Shown one piece after another: positions 18,459 through 26,815 of a stretch of 59,101 bases of DNA. The notes below the pieces were generated by a model. That model saw nothing but the letters and a program-made list of their open reading frames with translations. It searched no databases and was not told the DNA's origin. Origin of the DNA: an uncultured Spirochaetales bacterium (GTDB lineage: Bacteria; Spirochaetota; Spirochaetia; SPDA01; CAZSGZ01); contig CAYTSI010000007.1 of NCBI GenBank assembly GCA_964440465.1, positions 1 to 59,101 on the forward strand, in the 5' to 3' direction. Every line of letters begins with the position of its first letter. The first letter of the stretch is position 1. Both the position numbers and the translations under genes were made by a program.

Positions 18459-20392
18459 AGCCGAAGTATCCCGAACGGTATGAACCCGGAGAGCTGCAGG
18501 CAACCAGACAGCGGTTAGGCGATTTAAGTGAAGCCGACGCGAAAAAGTATGCCCGTATGCTCGGCGGCGACATCGGGGTTGAAAAACCGAAAAACGGAAC
18601 GGGTCCCGAGAGCACGGAGGGCGGCGGCGGTGTTACCGGTCCGGAAGAAGCTCCGCGCTTTGTCTCTGTTTCGGGACGTCGAGAACGGAAGGTACCGTAC
18701 CTGCAGCGGATAAAAATCGATTTTCTCTGTGCTTCTCCCGCGTACCGGTTGAAAACCACCGGAAACGCCCTTCTGTCCCTGGTCCGTTTTCTGTTCCCCG
18801 GACGGGACTATGTACATCCATTTTTTATTACCCACGGAGAGGAGATATTCTATACCAACATTGAAAATCTGGTAACGGCGGTGCGGGCGCTGCTTGCCGT
18901 CGCGGAGTACACGAAGGTGCTGCCGGCAGTTTGGAAATATTACCGGGACCTGCTCCGGTGCGCGGCCTGCTGGAACATCGAGGGGATCAACACGGATATT
19001 TTGCGGCTGCAACAGCATCCGAAGCGGAAACACATGAAAGCCCTCCGGTCGCTGGTGCGAAACATCTATGTTCCCTTCGTCAGGCTCTCATCCGCCGAAG
19101 CTTCGGCGGACCTGTTTCGGGGGCTGTACAGTGTTTATACCGAACTGGTCAAGCTTGGAATTACCGGCGGGAAGCGGGAGCGGATAACAACCTACTACAG
19201 TGTTGCAAAAGCGGAACTGCCGATTGTTTTCGGAAGAATTAAAAAACACCTCTATCCTCTGGTTATGAAAGTTTTCGACACCGATTTTATCAGCTATGAA
19301 GAGATGTTTTCCTCCCGTCTCGATGATATCGCCCTTCCGCTGACGGTCCGTGAGAACCGGATCATTAAAAAAGAAGGGTATCCGGAACAGCCGGAGGACG
19401 CCGAGGTGGACGAAGACCGGGTTGAAGAACTGTCTGCAACGGAAGACGCGGGTGAGAACGTTTTTCTGCTTTCTCCCCGCTACGGCGGTTCCGGCCCCTA
19501 TGCCCATGGAAGTAATTTGATAGAGGCCCTGTTTCCGCGGTGCTGCTGGAAAAACCCCGAGGAGTTCGTTGACTTTTACGCCTACTTTTCCCCCCTCCTC
19601 CCCTATCCGAAGGGTACGGAGATCCTTGCTCCGCGGAGCGCCTTAACGCGGGTAATAACGCTGATGCTGATTATTCAGGAACTGCTTCCGGGGTTTCGGG
19701 AAATCGATTTCGGCATCATCCGGGATGCTGATGAAAATCCGGTGGGGCTGCAGCTCGAGCTGGGGCAAATCCTGGCAAACTGGTACCGCTATGGCGAAGA
19801 AGTGCTGGGGAAACAGTATATTCCAATGCTGCAGGAATACTGCAGAAATATAGAGCAGGACATACGTTTTCGGGGGTCTTCCTACGGCAAAAAACTGATG
19901 TCCGAGCTCAACTGGATAAGCAAGCACTATTTTCTTCCCTATATGCTGTTTCGCGCCGAAACAGGCACCCGGCCGCCGGCGGAGGGGACCGTTGCTCCGC
20001 TGCCGGGTACGGTATCGACATTTCTCTTTCTTCTCTCCGGCGTGGTGGAGGACAACGTCGATCCTGCCCGGGAAGTGACGGACAGCGTAAAGAACCCGAG
20101 GCAGCCGTTTTACTTCGAAGTGGAAACCGTCGTTTCCCGGCGGCTGCGGACCGTTTTAACGCGAAACGGGGTCCCGCCGGACAATGCCGCCCTTATCGAT
20201 ACGGTGTACCTTCTTCTCCTGCTGCTGGACGGCATCATCAACAACCCCATAGGGGAAGGCTACGAAGAAACAGGACCCCTTCCATACCGGACTGAGGGAA
20301 ACGCCGGGACGGGTCCGGTATATACCGTCTCCGTCAGAGACACACTGAAGCTTTTGGCGGAGGATGAAGAGCAGGGGCCCTCAGAGAGGTGA
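18455..20392 (+). CDS. Large hypothetical protein (645 aa, predicted cytoplasmic, helical)
   Basis: Long uninterrupted ORF coupled to the upstream zinc-ribbon ORF. I recognise no motif. Confidence 0.6.
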   Translation: MKPKYPERYEPGELQATRQRLGDLSEADAKKYARMLGGDIGVEKPKNGTGPESTEGGGGVTGPEEAPRFVSVSGRRERKVPYLQRIKIDFLCASPAYRLKTTGNALLSLVRFLFPGRDYVHPFFITHGEEIFYTNIENLVTAVRALLAVAEYTKVLPAVWKYYRDLLRCAACWNIEGINTDILRLQQHPKRKHMKALRSLVRNIYVPFVRLSSAEASADLFRGLYSVYTELVKLGITGGKRERITTYYSVAKAELPIVFGRIKKHLYPLVMKVFDTDFISYEEMFSSRLDDIALPLTVRENRIIKKEGYPEQPEDAEVDEDRVEELSATEDAGENVFLLSPRYGGSGPYAHGSNLIEALFPRCCWKNPEEFVDFYAYFSPLLPYPKGTEILAPRSALTRVITLMLIIQELLPGFREIDFGIIRDADENPVGLQLELGQILANWYRYGEEVLGKQYIPMLQEYCRNIEQDIRFRGSSYGKKLMSELNWISKHYFLPYMLFRAETGTRPPAEGTVAPLPGTVSTFLFLLSGVVEDNVDPAREVTDSVKNPRQPFYFEVETVVSRRLRTVLTRNGVPPDNAALIDTVYLLLLLLDGIINNPIGEGYEETGPLPYRTEGNAGTGPVYTVSVRDTLKLLAEDEEQGPSER

Positions 20393-22261
20393 GAGCCCGA
20401 GGTCCCGGTCTATTTTCGCTTTGGTAAGGGACAGTACCTCCCCCGATTCAACCCGGAGCAGTTTAATAAACACTTCGAATTCCTCCCCCCGGCGGTAGAG
20501 TGTGCCGGTAAGAAGTAAATCGGCGTGCATCAGTTCACCGACTTTTACCGCCTGGGTATTGTCGGTAAGCCCGGAGAGCTGCAGCTTTAACTCATCTAAA
20601 ATACTCTGAATGTCCCGCCGCTCGACAACCCGAAAAGAGGAATGGCTGATGGTCTGCCGCAGCAGCCGTTCGGTAAAATATTCCGCGTCGATATTGAACT
20701 GTTCTTCCGCGGCAATTACGGGAATGAGCGCGGTAGGAGTGCCCGTGTCAATTTTTAAGGTTGCATAATCAATCAACTGGTCTAAGGCCATGGAAAAGAG
20801 TTTATTCAGTGTCTCCTCCCGTTCTTCGGTGTCGATTTTTCGCGCCGTAAAGTAAGACTCCCCGGTTTCGATGGGTTCGTCGGTTAAATAACTCAGTTCC
20901 TCTTTGGCAAAACGGATAATAATAGCTTCAAGCTTGTCGGTCTGGAAGTTACTGCCGGTGTGATGGCTTACGCTGCCGGCGGTCCCTCCCTCACTTTCTC
21001 CTGTTTCGCCGTAGGTGAGAAATATGTATTTCCCCGAGGTGTACTGGGAGATTTGCCGGAGGATGTACTCTCCGTTGATATCCAGACCGCCGGTCCCGAC
21101 ACTGAAAATTTTTATTCCCCTGCTCTTCGCGTCTTCCGCCGCGTTAATGTAGGTATATTCCTGACCGTAATCGAGATGGGGCGGCGCGTCGGTAATGATG
21201 AAACTCATTTTTACTGCTTCCGGGTCCCATTGTACCGCCGTAATGCTCTCTTCCAAGGCCGCCTGCAGGTCTTCCGGGGTGTCGCCTCCTCCCGAGGCCT
21301 CTACCAGTGCCAGAGAAGCCTGAAATTCCTCCAGGTCCGCTGTCAGAGGAATGGTTTTTGTCCGGTACTCGTCCCCGATGTCCTTGTACAGCACCATTCC
21401 GAAACGGACCCTTGGTTTTACCGAGAGATTGGTAAGGTTCAGGTGGATCAGCTCAATGGTAGTTTTAAGCCGGGTGATTTCCTCTCCCATGCTGCCGGTG
21501 GTGTCCATAATAAAGAGGATGTCTAAGGGGATCGGTTCGGGAACATACCGGGAAGTTTCGAAGCTGATAGGAATGTTTCTCTCACCCTCCCGCCGCAATG
21601 CGCGCTGCAGTGTCTGCTGCTGTGCCGTTATCCGGACATCGAAGGAGGTATGCGACGAAGGATATTGGGAGGGAAAGAATAGATAGCTGCCGTCGGCAAG
21701 GGTCCTGCCGCGTTCGAGCAGCCTGCCCCGGCCCTCTATTACCACCTCCGCGTTCGGCATCGGTTTCCCTGCCGCGTCGAGGGCCCGCAGGACGATCCTC
21801 TCCGAAACGTCTAACGGAAGATGGGGAACGGAGGCGTATTCGGAGAGAAAGCCTGTAAAATAGCCGTACTGTTTATTGTCGTCGGCGAACCCCGCCTGCA
21901 GTCCCGAAGCGGACGGCGGCGCCCCTCCGGAAACGCGGGCCTCGGGCTCTTCGTATTCCATAAATTCAATGTCTCCGGCAGTCCCCCCGTCGGTTTCTTC
22001 GGTTCCGGCTTTCAGACCGGGTTCCGGCGCCGTTTCTTTCCGTTTTTCGGCGGCTTTCCCGGATTCCGCCGGTGCCGGTGCCGGGATTGCCGAATCGTCG
22101 GCTTCCCCGGAAGATTCCTCTTTGACGCTTTCCGCCTGCTTTCCGGATTCGGAAGATGGTTTTTCATGCGAAGCGGCGGAGCCGGCACAGCCGGAAACAA
22201 CAGCCGCTGCTAAAACTGTACAAAGTATCGCAAGCCCTATACTAAAATGGTTTTTCTTCAT
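20381..22261 (-). CDS. Multidomain VWA lipoprotein (low-complexity linker, CarboxypepD_reg-like, VWA, CsgG/LpoB-like C-terminus)
   Basis: Lipobox VVSGC. The VWA part has FIMDTTGSM, GGGDTPEDLQAAL and IITDAPPH. The C-terminal segment VVERRDIQSILDELKLQLSGL...LLLTGTL resembles CsgG/LpoB-type periplasmic modules. Confidence 0.75.
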   Translation of the reverse strand: MKKNHFSIGLAILCTVLAAAVVSGCAGSAASHEKPSSESGKQAESVKEESSGEADDSAIPAPAPAESGKAAEKRKETAPEPGLKAGTEETDGGTAGDIEFMEYEEPEARVSGGAPPSASGLQAGFADDNKQYGYFTGFLSEYASVPHLPLDVSERIVLRALDAAGKPMPNAEVVIEGRGRLLERGRTLADGSYLFFPSQYPSSHTSFDVRITAQQQTLQRALRREGERNIPISFETSRYVPEPIPLDILFIMDTTGSMGEEITRLKTTIELIHLNLTNLSVKPRVRFGMVLYKDIGDEYRTKTIPLTADLEEFQASLALVEASGGGDTPEDLQAALEESITAVQWDPEAVKMSFIITDAPPHLDYGQEYTYINAAEDAKSRGIKIFSVGTGGLDINGEYILRQISQYTSGKYIFLTYGETGESEGGTAGSVSHHTGSNFQTDKLEAIIIRFAKEELSYLTDEPIETGESYFTARKIDTEEREETLNKLFSMALDQLIDYATLKIDTGTPTALIPVIAAEEQFNIDAEYFTERLLRQTISHSSFRVVERRDIQSILDELKLQLSGLTDNTQAVKVGELMHADLLLTGTLYRRGEEFEVFIKLLRVESGEVLSLTKAKIDRDLGLSPL

Positions 22262-22295
22262 GCAATTCTCCTTCTGCGTACAATCAATAGTACAA

Positions 22296-23078
22296 TCATA
22301 CCATTTTTTTTCTTTCTTTTCCTGTCAGCAGGGAAAAAAGAAACCGGAACGGAAAGGAACGAAAAAGTCTGCGTTTTCCCGGGCAGCGGGCCGCGCAATA
22401 CGTTGATATAAGGCTTTTTATGCCGGCCCCTCGGGGAAATCCGCCGAAATAATCGAAGTAAAATTGATGAAGCAGGGCGTAAATATCCCCGAGTTCAAGG
22501 CCGCCGTAGGTGTTTCGAAGCTCCGATTCTTCAATGGCACGGCAGCCGGGGAGAAAACGTTCCGCCTTCCACCGCAGGGCGCTTTCTTTGTCCGGCTTCT
22601 TTCCGGTAAAATCACAAACGTCCCGCAGAAGTTCTTCGAAACGCCGTTCATCGGTACAATTGATTGTCGTAATCCCCGTCTCCTGTTCAAACCGTTTCCG
22701 CGCGGTTATTCCCTGCCGTGTTTTTTCGTCTTCCTCGGGAATGTAGGTACTGACGTAGGCGTCGATGAATTCAATTTGGTGTTTTTTCGCGGAGGACACC
22801 CGGCGGTGGCCGTCTACAATGTAATATTTTTTTCCGTATTTGTTTACACGGATCGGGGGAAAGAAAAACTGAACATCCGTTTTCCGGTCTATCTGCCGGC
22901 GCCTGAAATGTTCCCCCCTGTCGGACCTCTTGATATACTGAAAATCGCCGTTCAATTCGCCGCATTTGTCTACGGTACCGGCAATGTTTCGAATACGGAC
23001 GACCCGGAGGCCTTCGTCGATAATCGCGTAGGGGGATGAGAAGTCAAAAATATCGGAAAAACACTCAGCCTTCTGCAT
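22296..23078 (-). CDS. ParB N-terminal-domain (ParB/Srx fold) protein
   Basis: KYYIVDGHRRVSSAKK matches the ParB-like DGHHR box. It overlaps the upstream ferritin-like gene by 14 nt. Confidence 0.6.
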   Translation of the reverse strand: MQKAECFSDIFDFSSPYAIIDEGLRVVRIRNIAGTVDKCGELNGDFQYIKRSDRGEHFRRRQIDRKTDVQFFFPPIRVNKYGKKYYIVDGHRRVSSAKKHQIEFIDAYVSTYIPEEDEKTRQGITARKRFEQETGITTINCTDERRFEELLRDVCDFTGKKPDKESALRWKAERFLPGCRAIEESELRNTYGGLELGDIYALLHQFYFDYFGGFPRGAGIKSLISTYCAARCPGKRRLFRSFPFRFLFSLLTGKERKKMV

Positions 23079-23520
23079 TTTCTGCGTTGTTGAGATAATC
23101 TGTAATTAAATCCATATGTTTTTTTTCTTCCGCGGCTAAAAGCCGGAACAGCCCCTCCTGTTTTTTTCCGGAAAGGGAATCGCCCATGGAAGAGTAGCGG
23201 AAATGCGCGTTTTTTTCTTTTTCCAACGCCGTCTGAAGGATGGAGAGGAGTGTTTCCTTTTCATTGGAAACGACGGCACCGCCGAGCGTTTTACCCGCGG
23301 CCTGAATATTTTTCAGCATCAGGTTTTCGAAGTTACCCTCCCGCTGAAGCTCTTCGAGTTTTATCCGGTGCAGGAGTTCTTCTCCGGCAAGATAGGTAAG
23401 GAGGTCCGCGGCCCCTTGCGTGTCCGTCCGTTCCGCGGCATGTTGATAGTACCGGAAGGCGCGTTCCTCCGCGGCTATTGCCTGTTCGAGGACCGTTTTA
23501 AACAGGATTTTTTCAAACAT
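23065..23520 (-). CDS. Ferritin-like / rubrerythrin-family four-helix-bundle protein
   Basis: Start at the internal ATG 23520, behind GGAGGAAG. It has two ExxH-type helices (AGEELLHRIK, AAEEKKHMDL). Confidence 0.6.
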   Translation of the reverse strand: MFEKILFKTVLEQAIAAEERAFRYYQHAAERTDTQGAADLLTYLAGEELLHRIKLEELQREGNFENLMLKNIQAAGKTLGGAVVSNEKETLLSILQTALEKEKNAHFRYSSMGDSLSGKKQEGLFRLLAAEEKKHMDLITDYLNNAENAEG

Positions 23521-23537
23521 ATATCTTCCTCCCCGTT

Positions 23538-24761
23538 TTATGGAAGAATGTTCGGCGTCGAGTAGTCCGCAATGTGAGAACTGATAACTGTAAGCCGCCG
23601 TTTGTAAAAATTGCGCCATACCGTAGAAATCGCGCTATCTCCCGGCAGGGCCGCGAGTTTTTTGCAGACCATTCCTTTTTCCGGGTCTTTATAATTGCTA
23701 ATGAGTACCGGGGTAACTCCGCGGATCTTATAGGTCTCTCCCGTGTCCTGGATCCGTACTTGAAACACCGCGCCGTCTCCGGTATACGTCCGGGGATGGT
23801 CGGAGTTTTTTCCGTCTAAAAACCAGGTTTGTCCGGAAATAACATTCCCCGCGGAATAGATAATCAGTTTCCCCCCCTCCGTGTTCCTGTCAAGATACCA
23901 GGGCTGCAGGACATGGGGGTGATGGGCCCAGATAATATCGACGCCGTGGTTCAGGCATTCGTCGAAAAATTGAATTTTTTCCTGTGAAGCGAGCGTGGCG
24001 TATTCCACTCCGCCGTGAAAAGAGAGGATAAATATATCGCAGCCCGGGGTGTGTTCGTCCAAAAGGCTGAAAAAGGCTTTTTTTGCCTCCTCTTCTTCAT
24101 AGTGAAGATAATGGGCGTGGTCTCCCCCCCAGTATGTGTTCAGCCACTGGGTTACCGCGATAAAGCCGATTCGCCATCCTTTTTTTTCTATAACAACCGG
24201 CTGGAAGGGTTGTTCCGTATCCTTTCTAATCCCTGAAAATACGATGCCCCGTTCGTCCGCAAGCTCTTCCATCACATTGAAAGTCGCGATTACTCCATGA
24301 GGGCCCTTGTCGGTGGTATGGTTGTTTGCCATGGAAAAAACGTCCAGCCCGGCGGCGGCGGCGGCCTCCACATAGGGGGGGTGAACGTTGAACATCGGAA
24401 ACGAGGACATCGGCACATCTTCGTATACCGGAAATTCGAGATTTGCAAAAGAAAGGTCGTCGCTTGTAAAAAGGTCCTTTACGTCGGCGTAGATATCGTT
24501 GTAATCTTTCATGGTAAAGTTGTTTTTATGCGCCATGATGTCGCCTGTAAAGGAGAGGAGCAGCCCCGGTTTCCGCGGCGGTTCCGGTTTTTGCGGCGGT
24601 TCCGGAGCAAGGGTTTCCGCTGCTGCCGCGGGAAGGGCGGAAACTTCCTGTCGGCATCCGGCAAGGGCAAAGGGGAGCAGGAATACGGCCGCGAACAGAA
24701 AATATCCCTTTCTCATAATATGCAAGTATTTCCCAAATACCCGTACTTTGTCCAGGGACAC
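23538..24761 (-). CDS. CapA-family (PGA_cap) metallophosphatase-like lipoprotein
   Basis: Motifs GDIMAH, FANLEFPV, SMANNHTTDKG and SFHGGVEY. Lipobox LAGC. The ORF opens with GTG at 24761; the ATG at 24716 (MRKGYFLF...) is a likely true start. Confidence 0.75.
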   Translation of the reverse strand: MSLDKVRVFGKYLHIMRKGYFLFAAVFLLPFALAGCRQEVSALPAAAAETLAPEPPQKPEPPRKPGLLLSFTGDIMAHKNNFTMKDYNDIYADVKDLFTSDDLSFANLEFPVYEDVPMSSFPMFNVHPPYVEAAAAAGLDVFSMANNHTTDKGPHGVIATFNVMEELADERGIVFSGIRKDTEQPFQPVVIEKKGWRIGFIAVTQWLNTYWGGDHAHYLHYEEEEAKKAFFSLLDEHTPGCDIFILSFHGGVEYATLASQEKIQFFDECLNHGVDIIWAHHPHVLQPWYLDRNTEGGKLIIYSAGNVISGQTWFLDGKNSDHPRTYTGDGAVFQVRIQDTGETYKIRGVTPVLISNYKDPEKGMVCKKLAALPGDSAISTVWRNFYKRRLTVISSHIADYSTPNILP

Positions 24762-24788
24762 TTTCCTGTTAGTTTATTTCGGCGCTGT

Positions 24789-25076
24789 CTATTTTGAGGT
24801 CCGTTCACGGGCCTGCCGGATTAAGTCGACCAGCGAGGACATCTTCGGCCGCGGCGGCGAGAGGGCCTGCCGGATTTCATCGGCTGAAAAGTGCGTTTCC
24901 AGAAATGAAGGCACATCGATTTTTTCACCCCAGCAGGCGGCGATGCGGGAGCAGAAGAGCCTGTTTCCAGGCTCTCTGCAGTATGAAAATGGAACGTGGT
25001 GTCCGAGAGCGCGGCAATATACCGTCAGTTCATCGTAACGGCTGATGTCTCCGCCGTTGTTGTTTTCCTCTACCAT
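24789..25076 (-). CDS. Small Cys/His-rich hypothetical protein (95 aa) translationally coupled to trpB2
   Basis: ATGGTAG overlap with the trpB2 stop (25070-25076). It fills the otherwise empty 308-nt gap before capA. Contains [14 protein letters not shown]...FCSRIAAC. The upstream part of the 24789..25571 ORF is discarded. Confidence 0.5.
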   Translation of the reverse strand: MVEENNNGGDISRYDELTVYCRALGHHVPFSYCREPGNRLFCSRIAACWGEKIDVPSFLETHFSADEIRQALSPPRPKMSSLVDLIRQARERTSK

Positions 25077-26458
25077 TTTCCGCTTTTTGCTGCCTCCGCT
25101 TTCGGAAAGCCTTTCAGGGCGGCAAGGTTTTTCTCGAGATCGCTCTGCGGGAATTCGTAATCTTCCAGCTGTCCCGCCATATACGCTTCGTATCCTTTCA
25201 TGTCCATTAAGCCGTGTCCGCTTAAATTGAAGAGAATGACCTTTTCTTTTCCCTCTTCTTTTGCCTTCTTTGCTTCCTGAATGGCCCCCGCCACCGCGTG
25301 GCTTGTTTCCGGTGCAATAACGATCCCTTCGGTCCGGGCGAAGAGCAGCGCCGATTCGTAGCATTCGAGCTGATGGATCGACCGGGGGGCGAGAAGCCCT
25401 TCCACAACCGCCTGGGAAACAAGGGGCGACATTCCGTGATACCGAAGTCCCCCGGCATGGATGGGCGGCGGAACAAAATTGTGGCCCAGGGTGTACATCG
25501 GCAGAAGGGGGGTCATCCCCGAAAAATCTCCCAAGTCGTAGGCAAAGGGCCCTTTTGTCAGGGTCGGGCAAGAGGACGGTTCCACCGGAATAATATCGAT
25601 ATCCGCGCCGTGTATTTTTTCATACACAAAGGGAAAGGAAATACCGGCAAAGTTGCTGCCGCCGCCCGCGCATCCGATAACAATGTCGGGGTTCTTTTCC
25701 CCCGCCTTCGCGAGTTGTTTTTTCGCCTCCAGTCCGATAACGGTCTGGTGCAGCATAACATGGTTCAGCACGCTGCCGAGGCCGTATTTGGTGGACCCCG
25801 ATTCGTCGGTAACCGCGGCTTCCACTGCCTCGCTGATTGCTATTCCCAGACTCCCCGGAGTGTCGGGGTATTCCGCCAGAATGTCTCTGCCTGCTTTTGT
25901 TTCGGTGGACGGGCTGGCAACGCATTCTCCGCCCCAGGTCTGCATCATAATTTTCCGAAAGGGCTTCTGGTCGAAAGAGATCCGGACCATAAACACTTTG
26001 CATTTCAGTCCGATAAGGGCGCAGGCAAAGGAGAGGGCGCTTCCCCACTGTCCGGCCCCGGTTTCCGTTGTCATCTGTTTAACGCCTTCCCGCTTGTTGT
26101 AATACGCCTGTGCCACCGCGGTATTCGGCTTGTGGCTTCCGGCGGGGGAAACACTCTCATTTTTATAGTAAATCCGTGCCGGAGTTCCCAGTGCTTTTTC
26201 CAGGGCGGTGGCCCGGTACAGAGGAGAAGGACGCCAGCTGTACAAAATGTCCCGTACCTCTTCCGGTATGTCTATCCACCGCTTTTGACTGACCTCCTGT
26301 TCGATCAGCCCCATTGGGAAAATAGGGGTAAGCATGTCCGGGGAAATCGGGTTTCCGTCCGGCCCTAAGGGGGGCTGCATCGGTGTGGGAAGGTCCGCCG
26401 CCAGGTTGTACCATTGTTTCGGCAGGTCTTCTTCGTCTAATAGAATTTTTCGAGCCAT
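25070..26458 (-). CDS. TrpB-like PLP enzyme, TrpB2-type tryptophan synthase beta paralogue
   Basis: 462 aa from the ATG at 26458 (RBS AGAAGGAGAAG). It has the long TrpB2-type N-terminus ([13 protein letters not shown]), [13 protein letters not shown] (PLP lysine), [10 protein letters not shown] and GGGSNFAG. Confidence 0.85.
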   Translation of the reverse strand: MARKILLDEEDLPKQWYNLAADLPTPMQPPLGPDGNPISPDMLTPIFPMGLIEQEVSQKRWIDIPEEVRDILYSWRPSPLYRATALEKALGTPARIYYKNESVSPAGSHKPNTAVAQAYYNKREGVKQMTTETGAGQWGSALSFACALIGLKCKVFMVRISFDQKPFRKIMMQTWGGECVASPSTETKAGRDILAEYPDTPGSLGIAISEAVEAAVTDESGSTKYGLGSVLNHVMLHQTVIGLEAKKQLAKAGEKNPDIVIGCAGGGSNFAGISFPFVYEKIHGADIDIIPVEPSSCPTLTKGPFAYDLGDFSGMTPLLPMYTLGHNFVPPPIHAGGLRYHGMSPLVSQAVVEGLLAPRSIHQLECYESALLFARTEGIVIAPETSHAVAGAIQEAKKAKEEGKEKVILFNLSGHGLMDMKGYEAYMAGQLEDYEFPQSDLEKNLAALKGFPKAEAAKSGKW

Positions 26459-26478
26459 TGTTTTACTTCTCCTTCTGT

Positions 26479-26499
26479 TGTTTCTATGTATAGAAACAC
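26479..26499. promoter_or_regulatory. Second copy of the trp palindrome (candidate operator)
   Basis: TGTTTCTATGTATAGAAACAC is identical at 20/21 positions to 4466-4486. It lies between the predicted -10 and the RBS of trpB2. Confidence 0.5.
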
Positions 26500-26528
26500 T
26501 ATACACCTTCAGCCCGGTAGTGTGTCAA
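26500..26528 (-). promoter_or_regulatory. Predicted sigma70-type promoter of trpB2 (TTGACA-17 nt-TGTATA, alternatively TATAGT)
   Basis: The reverse complement reads TCTTGACACAC...TGTATAGT. An A11 tract lies upstream (26541-26551), UP-element-like. Confidence 0.45.
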
Positions 26529-26815
26529 GACTATTTTTCATTTTTTTTTTTACGGGCCTTGATAAATTTCGCATATTTGATTAACTCCCTTGAAGAGCAG
26601 GAGATGGATTCTCCCTTAGGGCTTTCCTCCGGCGCGGCGGATATTTTTGCCAACACCGGCGGACAGCCGCGCTTTACGACCGATGTGTACGAAGAATACC
26701 TGAAGGAGCCTTTAGGCGAGAAATCGCACCACCTGCTTCATACAAAATATGAAGAGCGGGCGAAGGTGTAAAACAATACTTTCTCTTGCACCGGGAGTAT
26801 GATACACTTGCTTCC

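Noticed and set aside
25077-25571. Upstream extension of the 24789..25571 ORF, and the 52097..52852 extension of the ABC ATPase ORF.
   Set aside because: Both run out of frame through well-supported genes on the same strand (trpB2; ABC permease). Only the portions in the intergenic space or after the coupled start codon are credible.
26604-26771. 55-codon ORF (MDSPLGLSSGAADIF...) in the trpB2/guaD divergent spacer, behind GAGCAGGAG.
   Set aside because: It has no motif or partner and lies in a promoter-rich divergent region. It cannot be separated from chance without conservation data, so it is left unannotated.
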